This document shows, one piece after another, positions 29,574-40,446 of a stretch of 64,000 nt of DNA. The position numbers and the translations under genes were made by a program. The stretch is taken from IMG/VR virus record IMGVR_UViG_3300037502_003770, positions 248,001-312,000 of that record; one strand, given 5' to 3'. Within the stretch, counting starts at the first letter, position 1. Every line of letters starts with the position of its first letter. A model generated the notes under the pieces. That model ran no database searches and was not told where the DNA came from. It saw nothing but the letters and a program-made list of their open reading frames with translations.

Positions 29574-31928
29574 ATGTCAACAAAGTATCTTAAACTTAAA
29601 GAAAACTATTTTTTAATCAAACAAGAAATAGAAAAAAAAGAAACGGTTTTAAAGAAACCAAATATTAACCATATTATTGTTATTGATTGCTCAGGTTCAA
29701 TGTATTACGAACTTGAGTCAATCAGAAAGCAATTAAAAAATAAATTACCTAACTTAGTAAATATAAACGATACTGTTAGTATAATTTATTTTTCAGGTAA
29801 AAACCAATATGGTATTTTAAAAGAATCTGTAGAGATTAAATCTCCTCAACAATTAACAGATTTAAATAAAGCAATTGATAAATGGTTAGTCCCTATGGGA
29901 TTAACAGGTTTTAAACAACCTTTAGAAGAAGTAAAATCTTTAATAGAAAGAATTAAATCTTCTAAAAATGATGGTTCTTTATTTAGTATGTTGTTTTTAA
30001 CTGATGGATATGATAATCAATGGTCTGAAAAAGAAATATTAAATGTTATTTCTGATTTAGATAGAGATTTATCAAACGCTACTTTTGTAGAATATGGTAA
30101 CTATTGTAATCATAATCTTTTAGTTAAAATGGCTGAAGGCTGTGGTGGTAAATTAATATATTCAGATAATTTTGATGAATATGATATTATTTTTGAGAAA
30201 GAAATTTCTTTAGAAAGTATCTACCCTAAAACATATGTTAAATTATCACATGTTTCTAATAGCGATATTTATTTCTCTTTTGATAATGTTACTAAAAATG
30301 TATTAACATTTACACCAAATCAAAATAATGAAATCGCTATTAATGATAATTTAGAATATATTTGTTATATTTCTAACACTAAACCTGAAAATTCTTCATT
30401 AATTGAAATAGGTGATACTAGAGATGATATAAATTATTCATTTTTATATCTTCTTTCAATGAAAATGAAGAGTAAAGAAATTTATTATCTTTTAGAAAAC
30501 GAACTTAACGATTCTTATTTGTATAATATATACAAAAATTGTATAGGTAAACAAAAGTATAATAGTTTTCAAAATGATATTTTATCATGTTTAAGTGATA
30601 AATCATTAAGATATAGAACTGGTAGAAATTTAGATTTATCAGAATCAAAAGTTTCAGTATTAGATTTAATTTCATTTTTATCTGAGTATCGAATAATTAC
30701 TCATAAAGATTATTTTAAATATAATAAAATTGGTAGAGCTAAAAAATCAGCTTCTTTAGTATTAAATCAAGATGATAAAAATCAAATTTTATCCTTACTT
30801 GAAGATAACTCTAATATAAGTTCTATTGAAAGTTTATTAGAAAGTATCAAAAGTAGTAAACCAAAAGATTTGACTTTTGAATATAAAGAATCTTTATATG
30901 AAAACAACTTTCCTTTTTTGAAAGATATTGTTTATAATACTGATAGAGCTAATTTATCGTTTAGAGTTAAATATGAAGGTCATGTAAATATTAAAGAAAC
31001 GTTGCAAAATACTGATGAGTTCATTAAACTTTCAGAAAATAATGTTCCTTTTGATTTCCCAACTTTTATATATAGAACTTTTACTATTATTAAAGATGGT
31101 ATTTTAAATATTAGTAAATTACCGATATTTGTACCTTCAGATATAGAAAGTGCTAATAAATTGTTTGATTATTTAAATGATAATAAAATTAAATATGAAT
31201 TAGAAGTATTTAATGATGATTTTTTAAATGAATCATGTGTTGTTTTAATAGATTTAAATTCTTTACCAATTATCAAACGTTCAGATATTGCTGATATTAA
31301 AGCAGTTAATACTTTCACTAATTTTGCTAAATTACAAGTATTAAAAGCTAAACAAAAGGTATATAAATACTTTGAAAATGAACACTTCCCTAAAGTAAGT
31401 AAAGGTTTTATTGAATTTTACGGTGAAGAATGTACTAATATTTTAAAGAATTTAGGTTTAACAGAAAGTAATGGTTTTGCACCTAAGACTGTTAATGATG
31501 AAGTTTCTGATGTGTATATTGCAACTGAAATTAAATTATCAGCTAAAGGGTTAAGTTCTTTCCCTAAAGTTACAGATGTTATAACTAAATTCCAATCTGG
31601 AAAGAAAATGACTATTTCTGAAAGTTTAATGTATCCTCCAATTAAAGAATATCAAGATTTAGTTAATAGTGAATATTATTTAAATTCTCCTGATAAAGAT
31701 AAGACTAATATTTTATCTAAATTCTTTAAAGAAAGAACAAAAGAAACTATTAATGAAACTAGATATGTTAACAGTTTAATTGCAAAGGATGTATTTTCTT
31801 TAGTATTATCTCAAACTTGGTTTGAAGAGTTTCAAGAAAATATTGATAATTCAAAAATGAGTATTACTTTAGATAATAATGTTTTTGAAATATCAGCTGC
31901 AATGAAAGAAGTTGAGGTTGCTATATAA
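29574..31928 (+). CDS. von Willebrand factor A domain protein
   Basis: MIDAS motif VIDCSGSM ... T ... FLTDG. Confidence 0.85.
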   Translation: MSTKYLKLKENYFLIKQEIEKKETVLKKPNINHIIVIDCSGSMYYELESIRKQLKNKLPNLVNINDTVSIIYFSGKNQYGILKESVEIKSPQQLTDLNKAIDKWLVPMGLTGFKQPLEEVKSLIERIKSSKNDGSLFSMLFLTDGYDNQWSEKEILNVISDLDRDLSNATFVEYGNYCNHNLLVKMAEGCGGKLIYSDNFDEYDIIFEKEISLESIYPKTYVKLSHVSNSDIYFSFDNVTKNVLTFTPNQNNEIAINDNLEYICYISNTKPENSSLIEIGDTRDDINYSFLYLLSMKMKSKEIYYLLENELNDSYLYNIYKNCIGKQKYNSFQNDILSCLSDKSLRYRTGRNLDLSESKVSVLDLISFLSEYRIITHKDYFKYNKIGRAKKSASLVLNQDDKNQILSLLEDNSNISSIESLLESIKSSKPKDLTFEYKESLYENNFPFLKDIVYNTDRANLSFRVKYEGHVNIKETLQNTDEFIKLSENNVPFDFPTFIYRTFTIIKDGILNISKLPIFVPSDIESANKLFDYLNDNKIKYELEVFNDDFLNESCVVLIDLNSLPIIKRSDIADIKAVNTFTNFAKLQVLKAKQKVYKYFENEHFPKVSKGFIEFYGEECTNILKNLGLTESNGFAPKTVNDEVSDVYIATEIKLSAKGLSSFPKVTDVITKFQSGKKMTISESLMYPPIKEYQDLVNSEYYLNSPDKDKTNILSKFFKERTKETINETRYVNSLIAKDVFSLVLSQTWFEEFQENIDNSKMSITLDNNVFEISAAMKEVEVAI

Positions 31929-32025
31929 TTTAGCAACTTCAAACTTTATATATTAACAATTTTCAACTTGTATTGGTAGTATTTACATATTTATATTACC
32001 AATACTTTTAATCTATATAATAAAA

Positions 32026-33483
32026 ATGTCAAATAATATAGTACTACCACCTTTAACAGAAGAGTTTCAAAGAAAACTTTTATACCATTTATTTTTTAAT
32101 TCCACACATTTTACTAAGGATGTTATTACTGAATTAACTCCTCAACACTTCACTAAAGATTCTCATAAAGTAATTTATTCTTTGATAAAGAATTATTTTG
32201 AAACATATAATGTTTTTCCTAATATTTCTAATATTAAAGAAGAAATCAATACTAATTATGGTAATGAAATAGAAAAAGCTACATACAAAAATGAACTTTT
32301 AAACATCTTTAATTTAAAGAAAGAAAATAATGATGTTAAGTTTATTGAACAAAATCTTGTAAGATTTATTAAAATACAAATGGTTTCTAACTTTCAGGAA
32401 GAATTATCTGAAATGTTACAATCAGGTGATTTAAGTAAAATAGATATTATACAAGATATTTATAAAAAAATATCACATATTGGTGATAAAGAAGATTATG
32501 GTGTCAATGTATTTGATGCTGATAATAAAAATGTATTCTCTACTGTACAAAGAGACCCTATTCCAACAGGATTTAAAAATTTAGATAAAGTAATTACAGG
32601 TTTAGGTAAAGGTAAATTAGGATTGATATTAGCACCTCAAGGTGTTGGTAAAACTACTATTTTAACAGCTATGGCTACCAATGCTTATGAATCTGGTAAA
32701 AAAGTTTTACATGTTATTTTTGATGAAAATGAAGAATCTGAAATTAGAAGGTTAGCCTATGCTAAATGGAGTAAAGTTTCTATTAAAGAATTTTCTAAAC
32801 AAAAAGAATTAATTGAAAAAAGAGTAGATGAATTTAAAAAGAAACATTTTAAAACTATATCTTTAGGGTATTATTGTATTAAAAGGTTTTGTAGTGATGG
32901 TATGACAGTTTCTAAATTAAAAAACTGGATTATTAAACACGAAGAAACTATGGGTATTAAATTTGAAATAATTTTTGTTGATTATTTAGATGAAATTGAA
33001 CCTACTAAAAATAAAACAGGTGATATTTATAATGGACAAGTAGAAGTTGTAAAATCATTCCGTTCAATGTTAGTTGATTTAGATATTCCTGGTTGGAGTG
33101 CTATTCAAGCGAAAAAAGAATCTAATACTAAAGCTGTTTTAGATTTAAATGATGTAGGTGGTTCAGCTTCTCGTATTAAAAAAGCACAACTTATTGTAGG
33201 TATAGCAAGAGATAATGATATGAGAAAACAAGGTACTGCAACTTTTAATATATTAAAATCAAATATATCAGGTTCAGGTCATGTATTCCCTAATTCAACT
33301 TTTGATACTGAAACATTAAATATTGTTTTAAATAAACCTGAAGGCGGTTCTTGGGATATTAACGAAGATGAAGATGAAAGAGTAGACCAATATGTTTCTC
33401 AAGAAGAGAAAAAAGCCCTTTCTTCAAATAATATTGTTAAAGACGATATAGAAGAACTTATTCATGAAATAGATTTTAATTAA
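32026..33483 (+). CDS. dnaB: DnaB/gp41-like replicative helicase
   Basis: IPTGF..LD, APQGVGKT, IFVDYLD, WSAIQ. Confidence 0.88.
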   Translation: MSNNIVLPPLTEEFQRKLLYHLFFNSTHFTKDVITELTPQHFTKDSHKVIYSLIKNYFETYNVFPNISNIKEEINTNYGNEIEKATYKNELLNIFNLKKENNDVKFIEQNLVRFIKIQMVSNFQEELSEMLQSGDLSKIDIIQDIYKKISHIGDKEDYGVNVFDADNKNVFSTVQRDPIPTGFKNLDKVITGLGKGKLGLILAPQGVGKTTILTAMATNAYESGKKVLHVIFDENEESEIRRLAYAKWSKVSIKEFSKQKELIEKRVDEFKKKHFKTISLGYYCIKRFCSDGMTVSKLKNWIIKHEETMGIKFEIIFVDYLDEIEPTKNKTGDIYNGQVEVVKSFRSMLVDLDIPGWSAIQAKKESNTKAVLDLNDVGGSASRIKKAQLIVGIARDNDMRKQGTATFNILKSNISGSGHVFPNSTFDTETLNIVLNKPEGGSWDINEDEDERVDQYVSQEEKKALSSNNIVKDDIEELIHEIDFN

Positions 33484-33493
33484 AAAATAAAAT

Positions 33494-34564
33494 ATGAAAG
33501 ACATAAAATTTGATTTTAACGATATAACATTATTTCCTGATACTTTATCAGAAATAGAATCAAGAAAAGAATGTATATCATTATATAATGATGGTAATTT
33601 ACCAATTATTTCATCACCAATGTATAGTATAATTCCTCATAATATTAACTATACAGACCTCTCTAAGACGTTGGAACTATTCAAACATAATAGTATAGTT
33701 CCAACTATTCCTAGAGGCATTACAGTACCTTTATGTTCAAAATACTTTACTTCTTTTTCATTACAAGAATTTAAAGAAAAGTTTTTATCTAAAAAAATAG
33801 ATAATAACCCACATAAAGATAAACAACCATATAAAGTATTAATTGATATGGCAAATGGTCATATGAAATCTTTATTAGATGCTGTAATTGAATTTAGAAA
33901 ATTATATAATAGAGATGAAATTTTACTTATGGTTGGAAATATTGCAAATCCAAATACATATAGAGAATTATCTCAAGCTGGAGCTGATTATATTAGAATA
34001 GGTATTGGTGGTGGATTTAATTGTTTAACATCTACTCAAACATCAGTACATTATCCTTTAGCTTCTTTAATTATTAGTTGTTACGAACAAAAGAAATTTT
34101 TATTTAATCCAGCTAAAATTGTTGTAGATGGTGGTATTAGAAATTATTCTGATATAATAAAATCCCTTAATTTAGGTGCGGATTATGTTATGTTAGGTAG
34201 TCTAATATCAAAATCATATGATTTACCTAAAGAAAATTATATTAAAATATTTAATAAATATTATAAGATTAATTCTTATTTAAGTAATTATATTTATTCT
34301 AAAACAAAAATTCCTTTATATAGAAAAACAGAAGGAATGTCAAGTAAATCAGTACAAAAACTATGGGGTAAAAAATTAACAACTTCAGAAGGAAATGTTA
34401 CTTATCAAAAAGTAACTCATACAGTAAATAGTTTTGTTAATAATTTAAATGATTATTTAAAATCAGCTATGAGTTATAGTAATTGTAAAACCCTAGAAGA
34501 ATTTATAGGTAATCAAAACTTTATTTTTATTACAGAAAACTCTTTTAAACGAATAAATAAATAA
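33494..34564 (+). CDS. GMP reductase/IMP dehydrogenase family protein
   Basis: FDFNDI, SSPM, IDMANGH, GIGGGFNCLTS (catalytic Cys), VDGGI, GADYVMLG, SEG, LKSAMSY. Confidence 0.88.
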   Translation: MKDIKFDFNDITLFPDTLSEIESRKECISLYNDGNLPIISSPMYSIIPHNINYTDLSKTLELFKHNSIVPTIPRGITVPLCSKYFTSFSLQEFKEKFLSKKIDNNPHKDKQPYKVLIDMANGHMKSLLDAVIEFRKLYNRDEILLMVGNIANPNTYRELSQAGADYIRIGIGGGFNCLTSTQTSVHYPLASLIISCYEQKKFLFNPAKIVVDGGIRNYSDIIKSLNLGADYVMLGSLISKSYDLPKENYIKIFNKYYKINSYLSNYIYSKTKIPLYRKTEGMSSKSVQKLWGKKLTTSEGNVTYQKVTHTVNSFVNNLNDYLKSAMSYSNCKTLEEFIGNQNFIFITENSFKRINK

Positions 34565-34565
34565 T

Positions 34566-34814
34566 ATGTTATATACTGATGGAATACATTTAATTACTGA
34601 TGAAGTATCTATGAATGAATTACATGAATTCGCTGAAAGTATTGGTGTTAAAAGATGTTGGTTTCACAACCCTCGTGGAAAAAATAAACCACACTATGAT
34701 TTAACAAAACCTGAATTAATTGAAAAAGCTATTGAAAATGGAGTAAAATTAGTTTCTTCTAAAGAAATAGTTTTAATATTAAAAGATAGACTATCTAAAA
34801 AAAACTTTAAATAA
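34566..34814 (+). CDS. DUF4031-like protein
   Basis: HLITD...ELHEFAESIGVKRCWFH...PHYDL. Confidence 0.75.
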   Translation: MLYTDGIHLITDEVSMNELHEFAESIGVKRCWFHNPRGKNKPHYDLTKPELIEKAIENGVKLVSSKEIVLILKDRLSKKNFK

Positions 34815-34818
34815 AAAT

Positions 34819-35784
34819 ATGTTAGAAATAAATAAAACACACTTAGATGATTGTTTAAATGTGTTAAAAACAACTGATGAAAATTCAATTGATTCATTAG
34901 TAACAGACCCACCATACGGTATATCATATCAAAATAATGAATGGGACAAATTATTACCTAATAAAGAAATTTGGTCTGAAACTTTAAGGATTTTAAAGCC
35001 AGGTGCTTTTGGTGCTGTATTTTCATCTGTTAGATTAATGCACAGATTAATGGTTGATATTGAAGATAGTGGTTTTATAATAAAAGATGTATTATTTTGG
35101 GCATACCTGAATGGTATGCCCAAAAATAGAGATATATCATTGGATATAGATAAAGAATTAAATATTGAAAGTAACATTATAGGTGAATATAAATACAAAC
35201 AGGGGTATGTTAAAGGTGGTTCTGATACATATAAAGCTGATAGTAAATTAAAAAAAGAAGCTAATTCTGAATTAGGAAAGAAATATAAAGGTTCAGGGTT
35301 AGGATTAAAACCAGCATACGAACCTATAATATTGATACAAAAACCTATTGAGTGTGAGAACGTAGCACAAAATATTATAAAATATAGTACAGGTGTTTTA
35401 AATTTAGAAGAATGTAGAATACCTTATTTAAAAAATGAAAAAAAAGTAGGGCATAATCCTCACGATTTAGGTAGAGTTCCTTCTAATATTATTAGAATAG
35501 ATGAGTTTGAAGATGATTTAGATAAATTCTTTTTAATACCTAAAGTTCGTCAAAAAGCTGATAAGTTTAATAATCACCCAACAATAAAACCTATTGAATT
35601 AATAGGACATTTAGTTAATCTAACAAGTTTTAAAAACCAAACAGTATTAGACCCATTTGCAGGTTCAGGCACAACAGGCGTAGCCTGTATAAATACAAAT
35701 AGAAATTATATTATGATAGAAAAAGAAAAAGAATATTATGATATAATAAATAAAAGAATTGAACAAACTTTAACAAATAAATAA
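34819..35784 (+). CDS. DNA N6-A/N4-C methyltransferase (beta class)
   Basis: VTDPPY, HPTIKP, VLDPFAGSGTT. Confidence 0.92.
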   Translation: MLEINKTHLDDCLNVLKTTDENSIDSLVTDPPYGISYQNNEWDKLLPNKEIWSETLRILKPGAFGAVFSSVRLMHRLMVDIEDSGFIIKDVLFWAYLNGMPKNRDISLDIDKELNIESNIIGEYKYKQGYVKGGSDTYKADSKLKKEANSELGKKYKGSGLGLKPAYEPIILIQKPIECENVAQNIIKYSTGVLNLEECRIPYLKNEKKVGHNPHDLGRVPSNIIRIDEFEDDLDKFFLIPKVRQKADKFNNHPTIKPIELIGHLVNLTSFKNQTVLDPFAGSGTTGVACINTNRNYIMIEKEKEYYDIINKRIEQTLTNK

Positions 35785-35789
35785 TTTTT

Positions 35790-36347
35790 ATGAATAAAAA
35801 TCAATTTTTTCTAGCTGCTTTATTAGAATACCTTAAATTAGGTTATATTTATATTAATGATGAAATTTATATTGGTGATATTAAAGAAGCTAGAAAATCT
35901 CATAAACTTTCTTATAATCTTTTTAAAGAAAATTCTATTATAGAATTAGGTGATTTTATAGAACAATTTTATAAAAAACCTATACATAGATTTGAATTTT
36001 TAAGTAAAAATTCTATTATAGATAAAGATACAAATATTCATTATTATTTTACATTTTCATACGATATGAAAAATAATATCAATACTACAACTCTTAAAGA
36101 ATTAGCTAAAGAAAAGATTTTAGATGATGTTGAAAATGACTTAGATTATGAATATCATAAGTATTTTGATTTTGATTGGTATGTTAAAGACCAACTTAAA
36201 TATTTCGATTATAATGAATTAGATTATAAAGAAATAGAAGTTAAATGGTTTAATATTCTTGGTACAGATGTTTTTATTAGTGAAAATAAAGATGCTTTTC
36301 AAGAAGAAAAATTTATTGTTAGTAAAAATCAACTTAAACTATTTTAA
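35790..36347 (+). CDS. Hypothetical protein
   Basis: 185-aa ORF, operonic. Confidence 0.55.
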   Translation: MNKNQFFLAALLEYLKLGYIYINDEIYIGDIKEARKSHKLSYNLFKENSIIELGDFIEQFYKKPIHRFEFLSKNSIIDKDTNIHYYFTFSYDMKNNINTTTLKELAKEKILDDVENDLDYEYHKYFDFDWYVKDQLKYFDYNELDYKEIEVKWFNILGTDVFISENKDAFQEEKFIVSKNQLKLF

Positions 36348-36400
36348 CAAACAATAAATTTAATAATATTATTAGTAATTTTAAACTAACTAAAATTCTA

Positions 36401-36973
36401 ATGAAAAAACAAACGTTTTTTATAAAACCTACTAAAGAAACAATCCTTTCAGAATTAGATAAGTTCAAACAAGTCTTATCTAATTCTGTTGATAAAAATA
36501 TTTTTAAAATAAATGAAGATTATAGTAAATATGATTTTTCTTCTTTAAAGAAGAATATTACTAAAAAAGTAGATAATTTATTAAAGGATTTTAATAAAAT
36601 TCATATATGTACTAAATTTAATCATGACCAATCTATGTTTATTCATCATAATTGGAAGTTTTTTTCTAATAAGAAAGAATTACTTTCTTTTATAAAAAAT
36701 AATATTATATTAGACTCTAATAATAATGAAATATCTTTTAAGGAATTTTGTAAAAGAAATAACTTAAATTCTAAATTAGAATATACTATTGAGGAAGAAA
36801 ACAATGCTTATAAAATATTTTATAACAATTATGATTTTAATATTATGAATAATACTTATAATAATATAAGTAAAGATATTACAATTGAAGAATTTTATAA
36901 TGAAGAATTTAAAACAAAGTTTCCACATATATCTTTTGATTTCTATTTAGAAGGATTAAGATTTTTAAATTAA
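36401..36973 (+). CDS. Hypothetical protein
   Basis: 190-aa ORF downstream of TTAACA-N17-TATTAT (36344). Confidence 0.55.
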   Translation: MKKQTFFIKPTKETILSELDKFKQVLSNSVDKNIFKINEDYSKYDFSSLKKNITKKVDNLLKDFNKIHICTKFNHDQSMFIHHNWKFFSNKKELLSFIKNNIILDSNNNEISFKEFCKRNNLNSKLEYTIEEENNAYKIFYNNYDFNIMNNTYNNISKDITIEEFYNEEFKTKFPHISFDFYLEGLRFLN

Positions 36974-36980
36974 TTGTATA

Positions 36981-37562
36981 ATGAATACAAGTCCTTATAA
37001 TTTAGGTGATATTACAGCACCAACAAAAAAATATCATATGTTGACTTTTACTGGCAAACATATTAATCCTTTTGAAATTGAACCTGACGATATTGATATT
37101 ATTGATATAGGTCAAGCTTTATCAAAGATTTGTCGTTTTGGTGGTCATATAAAACATTTTTATAGTGTTGCTCAACATAGTATTTATGTTTCACTTTTTT
37201 GTAATCCTGAACATGCTTTATATGGTTTACTACATGATGCAACAGAAGCATATTGTGGTGATGTAATTAGACCAATAAAATATAGAGATGAATTTAAATT
37301 TTATAGAGAAGCTGAAGATATTTTATTCAAAAAAGTATTACTTAAATTTGGTTTAGACCCAAATAAAGAAATTCCTGATGTTTGGAACATTGATAATAGT
37401 ATTCTAATTAATGAAAAGAAAGCTCTTAGCAATACACCTGATTTTGAATGGGATGCTGCTTATAATTTTGAGCCTGTTAATGGTTTAAAAATAACAGAAT
37501 TTCACTCACCAGAAATAGCATTTACTAATTTTATGTCAAGATTTAATGATTTAACAAAATAA
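36981..37562 (+). CDS. HD-domain 5'-deoxynucleotidase (YfdR/YfbR-like)
   Basis: DIDIIDI..ALS..CRFGGH, YSVAQHS, LLHDATEAY.GD. Confidence 0.88.
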   Translation: MNTSPYNLGDITAPTKKYHMLTFTGKHINPFEIEPDDIDIIDIGQALSKICRFGGHIKHFYSVAQHSIYVSLFCNPEHALYGLLHDATEAYCGDVIRPIKYRDEFKFYREAEDILFKKVLLKFGLDPNKEIPDVWNIDNSILINEKKALSNTPDFEWDAAYNFEPVNGLKITEFHSPEIAFTNFMSRFNDLTK

Positions 37563-37567
37563 TTATT

Positions 37568-37792
37568 ATGTATCTTATTGTAAAATATAAAGATAGCGCA
37601 ATACCAATACCAGATACATTAAATTTAAAAAATTATAGAATGACACTACATTATAGTGATGGTAAAAGTGAAAACTTTTTTCCTGATATGAAAAATAATA
37701 TTTGGGAAAGTGAAATAACTGATAAAATTTATAAATCTGGTGAGGGTGTTAATAATGTTGAACAAATATTATTAATTAAAATGAATAAATGA
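37568..37792 (+). CDS. Hypothetical protein
   Basis: 74-aa ORF, translationally coupled to the next gene. Confidence 0.5.
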   Translation: MYLIVKYKDSAIPIPDTLNLKNYRMTLHYSDGKSENFFPDMKNNIWESEITDKIYKSGEGVNNVEQILLIKMNK

Positions 37793-38205
37793 AAAAATTA
37801 GAGATTGAAATTTTTATTGATGATAAAGATGAATTTACATGCTTTCAATATTTAAAACAAATTTCTTTATTTGAAGATAAATTATCTATTAGAAAAACAG
37901 ATATTCCTAATATATATCAATCATTTATTAATGGTGAACATATTTTAGTAATAGAAGTTGATAAACATTTAGATTGTTTTGAATTTGAAATTCATCATCG
38001 TGATTATTATCCTCATACAGACCAATATGAAATATCAGCTTATAATCTTATAACAAATGAAAGTGTTACTATTATTGATAGCTCTGATTTAGAAGATATT
38101 TTAAATATTGATATGAATGATTTAACAATAATAAATGTTTTCGATACTTTAGAAGGATTAGAAATAAAAGATAAAAAATTTTTACTATTAAAATATGAAA
38201 GATAA
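37789..38205 (+). CDS. Hypothetical protein
   Basis: 138-aa ORF, overlaps its neighbours. Confidence 0.55.
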   Translation: MKKLEIEIFIDDKDEFTCFQYLKQISLFEDKLSIRKTDIPNIYQSFINGEHILVIEVDKHLDCFEFEIHHRDYYPHTDQYEISAYNLITNESVTIIDSSDLEDILNIDMNDLTIINVFDTLEGLEIKDKKFLLLKYER

Positions 38206-38803
38206 TAAAATTAAATTTATTGGAATAAGTGGAAAAATTGGTTCAGGTAAAGATACCTCCGCTTTAGAATTAAGAACTATTATTAATAATCATTTTAAAA
38301 ATGAGGTGATTAAACCTGAAATATATATTAGATATTTTGCAGATACTTTAAAAGAAATAACTTCTATTTTATCAGGTGTAGAAATAAACAAACTTTATAC
38401 TCAAGAAGGTAAAAATATTTACGTAGATTCATTTGAAATGACAACAGGTGAGATGTTACAAAAATTAGGTACTGATGTAATGAGAAATCATTTTGATACT
38501 GATGTTTGGATAAAAGCATTATTAAATAATTATTATACATATCCAAAAAATACAATATTTATTTTACCTGATGTAAGGTTTGAAAATGAATATAATCTAG
38601 TAAATGAAAATGGTATTATGATTAGAATTAATGGAGACCCTGCATTAGTTAGAGCAAATTCTAATAGAGATTTAAATCACATATCTGAAACAGCATTGGA
38701 TAACGCTGATTTTGAATATGTTATTAATAATAATGGTACTCTTACTGAATTAAGAGAAAAACTTGAACAAATTTTTTCTGAAATAAAAAGCGATTTAATA
38801 TAA
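38195..38803 (+). CDS. Deoxynucleoside monophosphate kinase
   Basis: GISGKIGSGKDT, FADTLK, LQKLGTD, DVRFENE, HISE. Confidence 0.88.
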   Translation: MKDNKIKFIGISGKIGSGKDTSALELRTIINNHFKNEVIKPEIYIRYFADTLKEITSILSGVEINKLYTQEGKNIYVDSFEMTTGEMLQKLGTDVMRNHFDTDVWIKALLNNYYTYPKNTIFILPDVRFENEYNLVNENGIMIRINGDPALVRANSNRDLNHISETALDNADFEYVINNNGTLTELREKLEQIFSEIKSDLI

Positions 38804-38848
38804 GTTATATAACTTTTAATAAATCAAAAACTTTATAACTAATACAAT

Positions 38849-39028
38849 ATGAAAACAGTAAATATTTTAATTCAAGCAAAAGAAAAATTTGAATCTATCG
38901 AAAAAATTAATGAATATCTTAATAATAATATAGATGAGGTTAATAAGTTTAATGAAACTAAAAAACAAATTAATCTTTTAACCAAAAAATATAAACGTAA
39001 ATTAAAAGAATTAACTGATAAAATTTAA
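38849..39028 (+). CDS. Small basic coiled-coil protein (59 aa), absent from the ORF track
   Basis: MKTVNILIQAKEKFESIEK...KLKELTDKI fills the gap. Confidence 0.5.
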   Translation: MKTVNILIQAKEKFESIEKINEYLNNNIDEVNKFNETKKQINLLTKKYKRKLKELTDKI

Positions 39029-39055
39029 TCTTTTATAAAGAAATATTTAATATTT

Positions 39056-39814
39056 ATGTTAGAAATAAATAAAACATATCTTGGTGATTGTTTAGAAATA
39101 ATGAAAGATATTGATAATAAATCAATAGATTTAATATTATGTGATTTGCCATATGGTACAACGCAATGTAAATGGGATGTGATAGTTCCTTTTGATAAAC
39201 TTTGGCAACAATATGAAAGAATAATAAAAGATAATGGTGCGATTCTTCTTTTCGCCCAAACACCTTTTGATAAAGTTTTAGGTTGTTCAAATTTACCTTT
39301 ACTTAGATATGAGTGGATATATGAAAAGGGAACGGCTACAGGTTCTTTAAATTCTAAAAAGATGCCAATGAAAGCACATGAAAATATTTTAGTATTTTAT
39401 AAAAATCTTCCTACTTATAATCCTCAAAAAACATACAATCATAAACCTGTTAATAGTAATTTTAAAACAGCTGCGGTTTATAATAAATCACCGATTTATG
39501 GTAAAGTAAATAAAGATATTAAAGGTGGAGGCAATACTGATAGGTTACCAAGAAGCGTAATTAAATTTTCAACAGACACTCAAAAGAATAGAAAAAAAGA
39601 ATTTAATTTCCCAACTCAAAAACCTGTCGCTTTATGTGAATATTTAATAAAAACATATTCTAATGAAGGGAATTTAGTTTTGGATAATTGTGCAGGTTCA
39701 GGAACAACTGGTATTGCTGCAATTAATACAAATAGAAATTATATTATGATTGAAAATAATGAAAATCATTTTAATTTAATAAATAAAAGAATCGAAGAAA
39801 CTTTAACAAAATAA
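39056..39814 (+). CDS. DNA N6-A/N4-C methyltransferase (beta class)
   Basis: LCDLPYG, PTQKPVAL, VLDNCAGSGTT. Confidence 0.92.
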   Translation: MLEINKTYLGDCLEIMKDIDNKSIDLILCDLPYGTTQCKWDVIVPFDKLWQQYERIIKDNGAILLFAQTPFDKVLGCSNLPLLRYEWIYEKGTATGSLNSKKMPMKAHENILVFYKNLPTYNPQKTYNHKPVNSNFKTAAVYNKSPIYGKVNKDIKGGGNTDRLPRSVIKFSTDTQKNRKKEFNFPTQKPVALCEYLIKTYSNEGNLVLDNCAGSGTTGIAAINTNRNYIMIENNENHFNLINKRIEETLTK

Positions 39815-39848
39815 AAATAGTTTAATAGTAACAAAAAATTTAAATAAT

Positions 39849-40103
39849 ATGAAAAAAACTACATTAGAAAATTTAATAGAACTTAAAGAAAAACTACCTT
39901 CATTTCATAGTAGACGTAATTTTGTAAAATTACAAGAATTCAATTTATATATTAAATACCATACTTATCAACAGGACCAAAAACTTATTGATGAAAAATA
40001 TAATCAATACCTTGATTGTTTAGAATATTATTTTAATGATGTTTTTAGTTTTTATAATCATAATTATGATAATGAAAAAATTTTTAATAGATACATTTAT
40101 TGA
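39849..40103 (+). CDS. Hypothetical protein
   Basis: 84-aa ORF. Confidence 0.5.
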   Translation: MKKTTLENLIELKEKLPSFHSRRNFVKLQEFNLYIKYHTYQQDQKLIDEKYNQYLDCLEYYFNDVFSFYNHNYDNEKIFNRYIY

Positions 40104-40446
40104 GAATGAAACTTTTTTAGAAGAAAAAAAACATAAAGTAAAAAATGCTATTTCTGAAAAAGTAAAACCTTTAGAAGAAAATTTATCTGATTTAAATAAG
40201 TCTATTACAACAAATCAATCTGATTCAGAAGAAATAAAATCTTTTAAAGAAAAAGTTTCTTCTTTAGAAGAAAGGATTAAAAAATTAGAAAATAAAATTT
40301 CTATAAATGATTATTTAGGACCTAATCGTATTGGCGGTAAACCTTATCTCCCATATCCTTTACCTCAACCAACAATACCATACACACCAGTAACACCGTA
40401 TTATATTATTTGTACTACTAGTACTGGCGAAATCAATAAAAAATAA
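40072..40446 (+). CDS. Coiled-coil protein with a Pro/Tyr-rich tail
   Basis: The MKKFLID start is preferred over 40036; tail PYLPYPLPQPTIPYTPVTPYY. Confidence 0.5.
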   Translation: MKKFLIDTFIENETFLEEKKHKVKNAISEKVKPLEENLSDLNKSITTNQSDSEEIKSFKEKVSSLEERIKKLENKISINDYLGPNRIGGKPYLPYPLPQPTIPYTPVTPYYIICTTSTGEINKK

